Position numbers and translations under genes: made by a program
Shown: one piece after another, positions 1-19,823 of the stretch
Layout: the number at the start of each line of letters is the position of its first letter
How positions within the stretch are numbered: position 1 is the stretch's first letter
NCBI RefSeq assembly: GCF_009914755.1
Contig: NC_060947.1
Length of the DNA stretch: 64,000 nucleotides
Direction: 5' to 3' (one strand)
From: the human T2T-CHM13v2.0 reference genome, Homo sapiens
The notes under the pieces: generated by a model
Told to the model about the DNA's origin: nothing
The model's database searches: none
What the model saw: the letters and a program-made list of their open reading frames with translations, nothing else

Positions 1-272
<272 letters not shown>

Positions 273-1560
273 CTGTGTAGATATGTTTTCATTTCTTCTG
301 AGTATATACCTAAGAGTGTAATTCCTGGGTCACAAGGTAACTCTGTGTTTAACATTTTAATGAATCATCAAAATGTTTTCCACAGTAACTATACCGTTTT
401 ACTTTGCCAAGAGCAGTGTAGAAGGGTTCCACTTTCTCCACATCCTTGCCTAATATTTTTCATCTTGTTGATTATAGTCATCCTAGTAATCCATTTTGCA
501 TATAGTATGAGTTAGGGATTCAACTTCATTCTTTTGCATGTAGAAATCTGATTGTCCCAGTACTGAAGGCTATTATTTTCCCCCTTTGAATTATCTTGAT
601 ACCCTTGTCAAAATCAATGACCATAAATGTGAGAGTTTATTTATAGACTCCATTTTGTTACACTGATCCATATGATAGGCTGAATATTGGCCCCTCAATT
701 ATGTCTACTTCCAAGTTCCCAGAAATTATGAATATGTTACCTTATATGGCAAAAGAGACTTTGCAAATGTGGGTAAGAATCTTAAGATGGGGAGATATTC
801 CATAATTATCCAATAGGCCCAATGAAATTATAAGAATTCCTATAACAGAGAGGCAATAAGATCATACTCAGTAGGAGATTTAACGATGGAAGTAAGAGTT
901 TGGAGTAATGCAAGGAAGGGGCCATGAGTTGGAAATACTGGCAGTCGCTAGAAACCAAAAAATGTGAGGAAATGGAATGTCTACTCTGTTCTTTCAGAAG
1001 AAACTAGCCCTGGCAACACCTTGACTTTAGTCCACTGAAATTGATTTTGAACTTCTGACCTCCAGAAGAAGAAAATAATAAATGTGTTATTTTAAGCCAC
1101 CAAATTTGTGGTGCTTTGTTACCACAGCAACAGGAAACTAATATAATCTACATGTCTAGCCTTATACCAATACTATACTCTCTTGATTATACTAGCATTG
1201 CTGTAAGTTTTGATGTCGGAAAACATAAGTCCTCCAACTTCATTCTTCTTAAGTATTGTTTTGGCTATTCTGGCAAACCATAGCATGTTAATGGATTTAT
1301 ATTCTATTGTTTGTTACCATAATTTATTTGAATAATTCTTATTGTTGGATATTTGGGTTGTTTTGAAATATTTTGCTATTATAATGACTGCAATAAATAT
1401 CCTCCAAGATATTTTCTGTACTTTTATAATTATTGCCTTGATGTTTATGTCAAAAGGAGTATATTTTTGAAGCTTTTGGTATGGCCTCAATGATCTCCAG
1501 AACTGTATACTCCAACCAACAGTATATGAGAGTGCTCATTTTCCTACACTCTCATCAACC
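273..1560 (-). mobile_element. Old L1M fragments, interrupted by MLT1
   Basis: Degenerate antisense L1 ORF2/3' sequence (…cctaagagtgtaattcctggg…, …aagtcctccaacttcattctt…). Confidence 0.6.
671..1145 (+). mobile_element. MaLR solo LTR (MLT1D-like)
   Basis: atgttaccttatatggcaaaagagactttgca…ttttaagccacc…gcaacaggaaactaatata; 5-bp TSD ATCCA/ATCTA. Confidence 0.78.
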
Positions 1561-1564
1561 CTGT

Positions 1565-2730
1565 TATCAAATTATAGACAAATTTTACATTAAATTATAC
1601 ATTTAGATGTGAAAGATAAAGCTATAAAGTTAGTATAAAATTTTAAGAGAATATCTTTATGACCTAGAAGCAGTGAAGTACTTCTTAAATAAAACTTTAA
1701 AGACACAGACTATAAAAGCAAAAACTAATGAATTTAATAAATTCCAATTGAGAGTTTCTATTCAACAAAGTATAAGAAAAACACAGACAAAGTTAATTGA
1801 CATGTGACAGATTAGGAAACATTATTTGTAATGTCTAAAACTGACAATGAATTAACATCTGGAAAACTCAAGAAAAGCCTTCAAATTAACAGCCCTGGTA
1901 GAAAATTAGGCAAAGCCTGTGAGCTGACAATTTACAAAAAGAGAAACCCAAAATTCTGAAAAGCCTATCAAGATGTATTCTAAAATGCAATAAGGGGATA
2001 TCATTTAAAACATATTGCACTTTACTTATGTTAAACTAGCAAAACTTATAAAGGAGGATAATGCAAATAATTGACAAGAATTACAGTACAGAAATCTATA
2101 TGCACTACTGGTGGGAGTGTAGATTGGTGCAGCCAATCTGGAGACAAATTGGTGGTGTCTAGACAAATCAGAGATATGAATACCCCAACATCATGGTATT
2201 ATGTTCCTGTACATAAATCCCAAGTAAGTTATCACACCACTCCATAAGGGTACTGATAAGAAGGCATTATTTGTGGAAACAAGGTGTTTTAGGCAACCTG
2301 GATGTCATTTACTGGCAAAGTAGTTAGGAAAAAAATGTGGTATCTGCACACCAGGCAGCAGTTAGGAGCACTAGACTGGATATGTCTAAGGCAATAAAAA
2401 TATATCTTAAAATTATGGCACTGATTTTAAAACTTAAGAAAAACAATGAGATATATAATACCATCCCATTCTTATAAATTAAAATATATGCCAGCTAAAC
2501 AGAGTGGAGAGTTCAGAAAGAAATCCACATGTACAGAGCCAATTGATTTTTGAGAAAAGTGGCAAGGTAATACTAGGATCAAAAGACAGACTTATCAATT
2601 AATAATTCTGGGAAAATTCCAAATCCATATAAAATTAAAAACCTCAACTATTACCTCATTTCATATACAAAAATTATCCAAGATATATGATAGTCTAAAA
2701 CATAAATGCTAAAACTATAAAGCTTTTATA
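1565..2730 (+). mobile_element. Old L1M(E) ORF2/3' remnants
   Basis: A-rich degenerate L1 (…actactggtgggagtgtagattggtgcagcc…). Confidence 0.55.
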
Positions 2731-2844
2731 AACTTGATTAATGTTCTAAAAGTGGTATGTGTTGGCCCTCTCAGAGGCATGGACAATTCAAAAACATTTC
2801 AGAAAGAAAGCTATGCTTAGCACAACTTAAACACTAATGATGGA

Positions 2845-3272
2845 GTAATAGTTTTCTATTGCTGTGTTCTGTAAGTTAGAAGTATAAGCTGGCTCAAGTG
2901 AGAGCTCAGCTTAAGATCTCACAAGGTTGAAGTCAAGATGTAAGCCTACTGGGCTCCTGCCTGGAGGCCCTAGAAAATAATCCACTTTTAGGCTCATTAA
3001 GATTGTTGGCCGAATTAAATTTCCTGCTAGCTGTTAGCCAGGGGTAGCTCTGAGCTCCCAGAGACCAATCTTCAGTCCTTTCACGTGGCCCCCTCCATCT
3101 TCAAAGTCACAAATGCTTTACCAAATCCTTCAGGTACTTTGCGTGTCTCTGACTTCTCTTTCTGCTATCAGCTGTAGAAAGCTCTCTGCATCTAAAGAAC
3201 ACACCTGATTGTGTCGGCCCACATAGATATTCTCTATATCATAACATCAACTAACTTGGAACTTTAATTATC
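2845..3272 (-). mobile_element. MaLR LTR (MLT1E-like)
   Basis: tagttttctattgctg…ctcacaaggttgaagtcaagatg…cacgtggccccctccatcttcaaag. Confidence 0.62.
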
Positions 3273-3776
3273 AAACTAACACCAAAAGGATCTGATAATT
3301 AAATTGGAATTATGGCCCAGAAAATTAGGCCAGGACCTGTGTGTTAACCCTAAAAAGGGTTACTGCCCGCTAAATAGGATCCAGAGTTTGCTAACACACT
3401 TTACAAAATGTCCAGAATACACATAACAACCACCTTTCATATCAAGACGCAGGAAAATCACAATTGTAATAAACAGAGATAGTCAAGGAGAGTCAACTTT
3501 GAAATATCAGATGTCCAAATGATCTGCAAGGATATTAAAGCAGCCATCATAAAAATGTTTCAATAATCAATTACAAATTATCTCAAAAATTAAAAAGCTG
3601 GAAACCTCAGCAAAATGTAGAAGTTGTTTTTTTAAAGGAAGAAAATGGAAATTATAAAACTGTAAAAACAATAGCCAAATTTGGAAAAAATCTCTGGATG
3701 GGCTCAATATTATAGTGTAGCTAAGCAAGGATACAATCAACGAACTTAAAGAGAGTTCTGTACAAATCTGCTTAAG

Positions 3777-4321
3777 TGTTGGGGGAAAGGCTTATGGGGT
3801 GCCTGTATAAACTGGCCATAAAAATATGGGACAATAAGTTGTGGAAAGCCACAAGAGGCCTCTGAGGAGGAAAGCCTCCTAATTGCCATCATGTTTCCAT
3901 GGTCAGAGTGAGACCCACTCTCTTATCTGTAAACACTGTGTTCAAGGAGAAAGACACTCCTTTAAAGCATTGGAATGTGGACAAATATGCAGGCTCCTAG
4001 TTAAGCCCGCTCCCACCAGCTACTCTCTGATAAGTTAAAGATATACTGTTTGAACACAAAGAAGATTCACTTAAACCACCACTGCTATAAATTACGCATA
4101 TGACACACTGCCTCCCTTTCACTGTTTTGCCCTGAACATCTGCTTCTTAAATCTAAGTAATTGTACTGAATAAATAATGTGGAGACCAGAGCTCTGAGCC
4201 TTTTGCAGACTCCATTTTACAATTGGCCCCCTGGCCCCCACTCTTAACCTGTCTCTTCTCATTCCTTCATCGCCACTGGACTTTGGGTACCCTATGGGTG
4301 GTGTTGAGGCTGGTCCCAACA
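3777..4321 (+). mobile_element. HERV-K-class solo LTR (probably LTR14C)
   Basis: TGTTGGG…CCCAACA termini; perfect 6-bp TSD CTTAAG (3771-3776 / 4322-4327); TATAAA at ~4087 and AATAAA at ~4169. Confidence 0.85.
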
Positions 4322-5005
4322 CTTAAGAACAGAGAAAAAGATAATAAAGACTAATAAAAGTGAAAGAGACTAAAGAACCCGTAAGACAATAAAATAGATG
4401 CAACATTTATATCATCAGTGTCCCAGAGGGAGAAGAAAAAGAAACTAGTGGCAAAGAAATTATGCTGAAATTTTTCAGTTTTGGCAAAAGACACAAACTT
4501 AAAGATTCAAAAAGTTTAATAAACCCCAAGTAGTATAAACACAAATAAATGCATACCAAAACACATAATAAGTATGCTTCTGAAAAGTCAAAAAAAAAAT
4601 CTTGAAAGCACTCAGTGGAAAATGACACATTACCTATTTGAATTTGAATGAGTATCAATTTCTGATCTGAAATCATGGAGGTCTGAGGGAAGTGGCACAT
4701 TTTTCAAGTACTGAAGAAGAAAGAAGGAACTATCGACCACAAATTATATGTTCGGTGAAACCAATCTTTAGGAGTGAAAGGGAAATGAAACATTTTCAGA
4801 CAAAGAATAATGAAAATAATTTGTTGCCAACAGACTTATCTTTAATGAGTGGCTTTAAAAATTCTTCAAAAAGAGGGAAATAATAAAAGAAAAAATCTTG
4901 GAGCATTGGATAGGAAGATGGAACGAGCAGAGGTATAAATATAAATGGTCTAAATGTACCAATCAAAAGACAGAAATTGACAGAGACATTAAAAAAATAT
5001 GACTC

Positions 5006-5142
5006 AGCCATATGGGTGGCACATGTCTACAGTTCCAGCTACTCAGGAGGCTGAGGCAGAGTGGTCACTTGAGCCCAGGAGTTTGAGACTAGCCTGGGCA
5101 ACAAAGCAAGTCTCTACCTCCAAAATAAATAAATAAATAAAT
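5006..5142 (+). mobile_element. FLAM / Alu monomer
   Basis: ccagctactcaggaggctgaggcag…gcccaggagtttgagactagcctgggcaac followed by an (AAAT)n tail. Confidence 0.82.
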
Positions 5143-5934
5143 AATTTTAAATGAACATAAGTGGGATGAAAGCAAAAGGATAGAAAGAGAAAAATATATA
5201 TCATGCAATCATTGATAGTAAAACAAGCAAAACACAGAAGTAGCTATATTAATATCAAATAAAGTCAACATAAGAGCAAAGAAAATTACTAAAAACAAAG
5301 AGGGACATAACAAACATAAAAGGATCAATCTACCAGGGAATTATAATGACCCTAAATGGGTACACACTAAATAACAGCGTTTCAAAATACATGAAGCTAA
5401 ATCTGATAGCGCTGAAAGAATAAATAGGCAAATCCAAAATTATAGGTGGGAACTTCAACACTGCCCTGTCAGCAACTGATAGAAATACTAGATATAATAT
5501 TAGCAATACAGAAGATATGAATAACACAATCAACCTACAGGATAGAATCGGTATATATACAATGCTCCCCCACCCGCCCCCCAACAGCAGAATACACTTT
5601 TTTTTCAAGAGCCACATAAGATTCACAAATACAGACCATATCCTGGGCCATAAAAGAAACTTCAACATAAGAAAAGAACTGAAATTATAGTGTGTTCTCT
5701 GACAATAATGGAATCAAACTAGAAATCAATATTGGAAGGATGAAATGAAAATATCTAAACACATGAAACTTAAACTAACTTTTAAATAAGCCATGGGTTT
5801 AAAAGGAAGCCTCAAAGGAAATTAAAGAAAACATTGAACTGAATAAAAATGAGAATAGAACATGTCAATTTTGTGAAATGAAGCTAAAGCAATACTGAGA
5901 AAGAAATTTAGAGCAGTTAATGCTCACATTAGAA

Positions 5935-6088
5935 TGACAGAAGGGAGGGAGGGAGAAAAGGGTTGAAAAACTATTGAGTACTATGTTCACTAATTGGGTG
6001 ATGAGCTCAATAGAAGCCCAAACCCCAGCATTACATAATATACCAATGTAACAAACCTGCACATGTACCCCCGAACCTAAAATTTTTT
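5935..6088 (+). mobile_element. Short 5'-truncated L1PA15/16-like 3' end
   Basis: gggttgaaaaacta…aacaaacctgcacatgtacccc. Confidence 0.72.
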
Positions 6089-6239
6089 TAATGCTCATTG
6101 TATTTTTAAATACCTCATTAATTACTTGTGAAGGACATTGGCAAAACACACTATGAAAATGGAGAGTTATAGGACAATCAGGAAATCACAACCAAATGAA
6201 CATTGATTGGATATTTGATGGTATTTTGGAATCATTTTC

Positions 6240-7223
6240 AATTTTTTTACAATTTCAACTTTTATTTCAGATTCAGGGGGTACATATGCAGATTTGTTAC
6301 ACAGGTATATTATGTGATACTGAGGTTTGGAATGCAAATGATCCCACCACCCAGGTAGTGAGCATAGTACCCAACAGGTGGTTTTTCAACCCTTACCCCC
6401 TTACTCACCCTCTAGTAGTTCTCATTACCCATTATTGCCATCTTTGTCCATGAGTACCCAATGTTTAGCTCCCACTTATAAGTGAGAACATGTGGTGTTT
6501 GGTTTTCTTTTTCTGCGTTTGTTCACTTAGAATAATGGCCTTCAGCTATATCCATGTTGTTGCAAAGAACATGATTTCATTCTTTTTATGGCTGCGTAGT
6601 ATTCCATGGTGTATATGTACTACATTTTCTTTATTCGATCCACTGTTGATAGACACTTAGGTTGATTTCATATCTTTGCTACTGTAAATAATGCTGCAAT
6701 GAACATGCAAGTGCATGTGTCTTTTTGGTAGAAAGATTTATTTCTTTTGGATATATATCCAGTATCAGGATTGCTGGGTCAAATGGTAGTTCTGAGTTCC
6801 TTGAGAAATCTCCACACTGCTTTCCACAGTGGCTGAACCAACTCACATTCCCACCAACAGTATATAAGTGTCTCCTTTTCTCTGTAGCCTCGCCAGTATG
6901 TGTTGGTTTTTGACTTTTTAATAATGGTCACTCTGACTGGTGTGAGATGGTATCTCATTGTGGGTTTGATTTGCATTTCTTTGATGATTAATGATGTTGA
7001 GCATTTTTTCATACGTTTGTCAGCTGCTAATATGTCTTCTTTTGAGAAGTGTCTGTCCATGCCTTTTGCCCACTTTTTAATAGGGTTATTTGGTTTTTGC
7101 TTGTTGAGTTGTTTAAGTTTCTTATAGATTCTGGATAAACCTTACTTGGATGCATAGTCTGTGAATATTTTCTCCCATTCTGTAGATTGTCTGTTTACTC
7201 TGTTGATAGTTTCCTTTTGCTGT

Positions 7224-7230
<7 letters not shown>
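6240..7230 (-). mobile_element. L1PA15/16-like 3' end, antisense
   Basis: Poly-T start; antisense 3' UTR and ORF2 C-terminus (ORF 6779..7060 RHFSKEDI…[10 protein letters not shown]). Confidence 0.88.
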
Positions 7231-9735
<2,505 letters not shown>

Positions 9736-9999
9736 TCACCTCACCCAGGAAGCGCAAGGGATAAGGGAATTCCCTTTCCTAGTGAAAGAAAGGGGTGACA
9801 GACGGCACCTGGAAAATCGGGTCACTCCCACCCTAATACTGCGCTTTTCCAATGGTCTTAGCAAATGGCACACCAGGAAATTATATCCCACGCCTGGCTC
9901 AGAGGGCCCTACACCCACGGAGCCTCGCTCATTGCTAGCACAGCAGTCTGAGATCAAACTGCAAGGTGGCAGTGAGGCTGGGGGAGGGGCTTCCACCAT
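9736..9999 (-). CDS. LINE-1 ORF0 homolog (antisense, 87 aa, open)
   Basis: MVEAPPPASLPPCSLISDCCASNERGSVGVGPSEPGVGY matches the L1 ORF0 N-terminus; ATG in gcaATGg context; expression unknown. Confidence 0.55.
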   Translation of the reverse strand: MVEAPPPASLPPCSLISDCCASNERGSVGVGPSEPGVGYNFLVCHLLRPLEKRSIRVGVTRFSRCRLSPLSFTRKGNSLIPCASWVR

Positions 10000-10569
10000 T
10001 GCTGAGGCTTGAGGAGGTAAACAAAGCAGCCAGGAAGCTCAATCTGGGTGGAACCCAGATCAAGGAGGCCTGCCTGCCTCTGTAGACTCCACCTCTGGGG
10101 GCAGGGCGTAGCCAAACAAAAGTCAGCAGAAACCTCTGAAGACTTAAATGTCCCTGTCTGACAGCTTTGAAGAGAGTAGTGGTTCTCCCAGCATGCAGCT
10201 TGAGATCTGAGAATGGACAGACTGCCTCCTCAAGTGGGTCACTGACCCCCGAGTAGCCTAACTGGGAGGCACCCCCCAGTAGGGGCAGACTGACACCTCA
10301 CACGACCGGGTACTCCTCTGAGACAAAACTTCCAGAGGAATGATCAGGCAGCAACATTTGCTGTTCACAAATATCCGCTGTTCTGCAGCCTCTGCTGCTG
10401 ATACCCAGGCAAACAGAGTCTGGAGTGGACCTCCAGCAAACTCCAACAAACCTGCAGCTGAGTGTCCTGACTGTTAGAAGGAAAACTAACAAACAGAAAG
10501 GACATCCACACCAAAACCCCATCTGTACGTCACCATCATCAAAGACCAAAGGTAGATAAAACCACAAAG

Positions 10570-11587
10570 ATGGGGAAAAAACAGAGCAGAAAAACTGGAA
10601 ACTCTAAAAATCAGAGCGCCTCTCCTCCTCCAAAGGAATGCAGCTCCTCACCAGCAATGAAACAAAGCTGGACGGAGAATGACTTTGACGAGTTGAGAGA
10701 ACAAGGCTTCAGATGATCAAACTACTCCGAGCTAAAGGAGGAAGTTCGAACCCATGGCAAAGAAGTTAAAAACATTGAAAAAAAATTAGATGAATGGCTA
10801 CCTAGAATAACCAATGCAGAGAAGTCCTTAAAAGACCTGATGGAGCTGAAAACCATGGCACGAGAACTATGTGATGAATGCATAAGCCTCAATAACCTAT
10901 TCGATCAACTGGAAGAAAGGGTATCAGTGATGGAAGATCAAATGAATGAAATGAAGTGAGAAGAGAAGTTTAGAGAAAAAAGAATAAAAAGAAAGGAATA
11001 AAGCCTCCAAGAAATATGGGACTACGTGAAAAGACCAAATCTACGTCTGATTGGTGTACCTGAAAGTGACGGGGAGAATGGAACCAAGATAGAAAACACT
11101 CTGCAGGATATTATCCAGGAGAACTTCCCCAATCTAGCAAGGCAGGCCAACATTCAAATTCAGGAAATACAGAGAACACCACAAAGATACTCCTCGAAAA
11201 GAGCAACTCCAAGACACATAATTGTCAGATTCACCAAAGTTGAAATGAAGGGAAAAAATGTTAAGGGCAGACAGAGAGAAAGGTTGGGTTACCCACAAAG
11301 GGAAGCACATCAGAATAACAGCTGATCTCTCGGCAGAAACTCTACAAGCCAGAAGAGAGTGGAGGCCAATATTCAACATTCTTAAAGAAAAGAATTTTCA
11401 ACCCAGAATTTCATATCCAGCCAAACTAAGCTTCATAAGTGAAGGAGAAATAAAATACTTTATAGACAAGCAAATGCTGAGAGATTTTGTCAAAACCAGG
11501 CCTGTCCTAAAAGAGCTCCTGAAGGAAGCACTAAACATGGAAAGGAACAACTGGTACCAGCCACTGCAAAAACATGCCAAATTGTAA
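10570..11587 (+). pseudogene. L1 ORF1 (disabled)
   Basis: ATG at 10570; in-frame stops TGA 10714, TGA 10957 and TAA 10999; frameshift near 11250; C-terminus YPAKLS…QKHAKL*. Confidence 0.93.
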
Positions 11588-11650
11588 AGACCATCGAGGC
11601 TGGGAAGAAACTGCATCAACTAATGAGCAAAATAACCAGCTAACATCATA

Positions 11651-15475
<3,825 letters not shown>

Positions 15476-15691
15476 ACAATGAGAACACTTGGACACAGGA
15501 AGGGGAACATCACACACCGGGGCCTGTTGTGGGGTGGGGGGTGAGGGGAGGGATAGCATTAGGGGATATACCTAATGCTAAATGACGAGTTAATGGGTAC
15601 AGCACACCAACATGGCACATGTATACATATGTAACAAACCTGCTCGTTGTGCACATGTACCCTAAAACTTAAAGTATAATAATAAAAAAAA

Positions 15692-16430
15692 GATCATTCT
15701 AAAATTTATACAAGCCCTTAGAACAGTTAAAAATATCTTACCAAAAGAAGAATAAAGTTGGAGGAATCACTCTACCTAATATAAAGTCTTACTACATAGC
15801 TACAGTAATTATGACAGTGTTATATTGGCAGAGGGATAAATACATCAATGGCACAAAGAATAGATAGAGAAACTGGAAGTAGACCCAAAACAATATGGTT
15901 AACTGACTTACGAAAAAATTTCAGAAGCCATTCAATCGAGGAAGGATAGGGTGGTATTGTTGTTTTTTGTTTTAACAAATTGTGCTGGATAAATTGGACA
16001 TACCTATGGAAAAAAAAATGAAGTTTGACTTAAACATCATACTTTACACAAATATTAACTCAAAATGGAGCATGGGCATAAATCTAAAACTTCAAACTGT
16101 AAAACATTTAGAAAAAAATAGGAAAAAAATCATCAGGATCTAGTGTTAGTGGAAGAGTTCTAAATGTGATCCATAAAACAAAAACAAATAAACTGGACTA
16201 CATCAAAACTAAAAAATTCTACTCTGTGAAAGACCTAATTAAGAGGACAAAAGACAAGCTACAGGCTGGAGACAATATATTTAATCCACGTATCTATGAA
16301 AGGACTCATATCTAGAATATATAAACAACCTTAAGAATCTGACAGTAAAAAAAAAAAATCAGACTAACTGGACCACTCATACATTGCTGATGGAAATGTA
16401 AAGTGGTACAGCCATTTTGGTAAACATCAT
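15692..16430 (+). mobile_element. Old L1M ORF2 3' remnant directly upstream of the F9 promoter
   Basis: aaagttggaggaatcactctacct…gctacagtaat…aactggactacatcaaaactaaaaaattctactctg…. Confidence 0.8.
15938..15944 (+). promoter_or_regulatory. ASE age-related stability element (ETS motif GAGGAAG)
   Basis: GAGGAAG lies exactly at -790..-784 from the TSS at 16728, matching the described ASE position; it sits inside an old L1 ORF2 remnant. Confidence 0.85.
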
Positions 16431-16504
16431 TGCTCTCTGACAAAGATACGGTGGGTCCCACTGATGAACTGTGCTGCCACAGTAAATGTAGCCACTATGC
16501 CTAT

Positions 16505-16927
<423 letters not shown>

Positions 16928-18469
16928 TGATTACATGATTTGACAGCAATATTGAAGAGTCTAACAGCCAGCACGCAGGTTGGTAAGTACTGGTTCTTTG
17001 TTAGCTAGGTTTTCTTCTTCTTCATTTTTAAAACTAAATAGATCGACAATGCTTATGATGCATTTATGTTTAATAAACACTGTTCAGTTCATGATTTGGT
17101 CATGTAATTCCTGTTAGAAAACATTCATCTCCTTGGTTTAAAAAAATTAAAAGTGGGAAAACAAAGAAATAGCAGAATATAGTGAAAAAAAATAACCACA
17201 TTATTTTTGTTTGGACTTACCACTTTGAAATCAAAATGGGAAACAAAAGCACAAACAATGGCCTTATTTACACAAAAAGTCTGATTTTAAGATATATGAC
17301 ATTTCAAGGTTTCAGAAGTATGTAATGAGGTGTGTCTCTAATTTTTTAAATTATATATCTTCAATTTAAAGTTTTAGTTAAAACATAAAGATTAACCTTT
17401 CATTAGCAAGCTGTTAGTTATCACCAAAGCTTTTCATGGATTAGGAAAAAATCATTTTGTCTCTATGTCAAACATCTTGGAGTTGATATTTGGGGAAACA
17501 CAATACTCAGTTGAGTTCCCTAGGGGAGAAAAGCAAGCTTAAGAATTGACATAAAGAGTAGGAAGTTAGCTAATGCAACATATATCACTTTGTTTTTTCA
17601 CAACTACAGTGACTTTATGTATTTCCCAGAGGAAGGCATACAGGGAAGAAATTATCCCATTTGGACAAACAGCATGTTCTCACAGGAAGCATTTATCACA
17701 CTTACTTGTCAACTTTCTAGAATCAAATCTAGTAGCTGACAGTACCAGGATCAGGGGTGCCAACCCTAAGCACCCCCAGAAAGCTGACTGGCCCTGTGGT
17801 TCCCACTCCAGACATGATGTCAGCTGTGAAATCAGACTGAAATGCTGAAATAACGATAAAAAAAAATACAGAGGTTAAACTAGCAAAGTGAGTAAAGTCA
17901 AGGGATAAAGAAAATTTGTTGGAAAACTCACAAAGCAGGACATAAAGCAAGGCCATTAGATATATCTCATTAGTGTGACATCTGGGAGGACAAAGCATCC
18001 AAACCCTTTCTTCTATATAAGTGGTGAGATGATGAAGGTTGTAAGAGGGCTTCTGCCCCCTTGAAGACTTCAGATGCTGGGGAAAGGATAGATAAGAATA
18101 AGGATGAACCAGGCTTTTGGAGCCTGGGAAATAATGACTAGCGATAAACCTGAAGGGAAGTTAAGTATACGATCCCCAGATAATACTAAGGAGAAAGGCA
18201 ATGTGATTCTGCAGCCATTGTAGCCAGAGATAATAAGCCCTTGAGGAAGGGGCCAGGGGAATTTTTCTAAGGATAGACAGTATTAATGCAGCACTCTCTT
18301 CTGCTATTAAACTCTCATTGGCTTCTAAAAGGAGTTTCGGTGAGTGATTTGCTGAGATGTTGCATTTTCATGGCTGCTGCCTTTAGGTATTATTGCAACA
18401 GTTTGGAATTTTGAAATTAAAACAGTTCTGTAAAACCAGTTTAGTTTTGTAAAGTGTATGCATCAAAGA

Positions 18470-19230
18470 TGTCCTTCATTCAGACATTACTGAGTTACAA
18501 CTATGGTGCCAGGTACTGTGTCAGGGTACTAGGGGTATGGGGATAAACCAGACTCCCTCTTTGATCTAAAGCAGCATGAGGCCAGGTGAGAGGTTTCAAT
18601 ATAATGTGATAAAATGTGCACTAGGTACTAAGGGATCATAGAGAAAGGAACACATTAAATGGGGAAACAATTGATAGAGAGAGAATATTTTCATCTGGGT
18701 CTTAAAAGATGAGTAGGCGTTCTCTCTCTTTAAATGTCTGATATAAGGGCATTTTATGCAAAGAGGATCACTCGTGCAAAGACTCAGATTTGCAAGAACG
18801 TGAGGTATTTCAGGAGTTTTGTATGGTTCCATATGGACTATGACAAGTGAGACAGGTAAACTAGGCAGAGCTGGTCATCAGATAATGAAGTCATTAACCT
18901 AAGGAGATTGGACAATAAAATGCAATATGGAGGTATCGAAGTATAAACATAAGGAGTACCACTGATGGCTGATTTAGGATGCCCAGTCTGGCAACACGCT
19001 AATGAAATGATAGTGGGGGAGGGGGCCGTACCAAGACTAGGAGAGAGCAGTCCTGAGACTATTGCAATTATCTGCGGGAGACATAAAGGCTAGAACCTGA
19101 ACAGTAGCAGTACAAAAAAAGAGGGGAGTTCAAATGATATTAAGGAAGTAGAAGTGGTATGACTTAACCATCTGGGTATGGAAGGGGAAATGGCTAGAGT
19201 CTTGGGGACTTTGTGTTTGATGTGATTATG
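18470..19230 (-). mobile_element. L2 remnant in intron 1
   Basis: cattcagacattactgag…gtgccaggtactgtg…; purine-rich antisense L2 body. Confidence 0.55.
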
Positions 19231-19254
19231 GACCACAGAATAATGTCTAAGAGA

Positions 19255-19480
19255 ACTGGCTCTTTAGTCTGACTGCCAGAGTCTGAATCCTGAATGTTTT
19301 AGTATGTTACCTTGGGCAAAGCCCTTAGCCTCTATGAATCTATCTTCCTCATTTATAAAAATAAGATGACAGTGCCTATCTCGTGGGACTTTTGTGAGGA
19401 TGAAGTGAGATAATGGATGCAAAGTTACTGAGCACAGTGTCCAACACAGCAGAAGCATTACATATACATTAGCTATTACT
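19255..19480 (+). mobile_element. MIR
   Basis: accttgggcaaagcccttagcctctatgaatc…cttcctcatttataaaataagatga MIR core. Confidence 0.72.
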
Positions 19481-19695
19481 GGCTACATTATGATATACAG
19501 TTAGGGAGTTGGAAAGATAATCTGAAATTCAGGAGACGTATCTGACTATAGGTGAGTATTTGGAACTCATTGTTCTGTAAACAGTAGTTACAGCCACGTG
19601 TGTGGGCATCTGGAGAGTGAGCATGGATATTGTGATACCTAGTACAGTGCCTGGCAGTAGTGGTTGTATGCTCAGTAAATTTTGTTGACAGGGTC

Positions 19696-19823
19696 AGGGC
19701 CGGACTAGACTGTGGTAAGCAAGGCCTGTAGGGCATAAATATACTTGTATGCCCCGAGAAGTGAGGACCTCTTAAATATTGTGCCCTACATGCCTTGTTT
19801 GGTTCACTCTTGTCCCAGCCCTA
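19696..19823. mobile_element. MER96-like hAT MITE
   Basis: Inverted termini CAGGGCCGGACTAG…TTGTCCCAGCCCTA and internal tagggcataaat / attgtgcccta symmetry. Confidence 0.5.

Larger units (their letters stand above)
3300..5930 (+). mobile_element. Old L1M 5'/ORF1/ORF2-endonuclease remnant (host of the LTR and FLAM)
   Basis: Degenerate ORF1 (gtcccagagggagaagaa) and EN motifs (ggggaacttcaacactgccctgtcagcaactgataga; tctgacaataatggaatcaaactagaaatc). Confidence 0.72.

Noticed and set aside
17754-17776. GGGGTGC-N9-GCACCCC hairpin in intron 1
   Set aside because: A 7-bp stem is expected by chance in 64 kb; no supporting context
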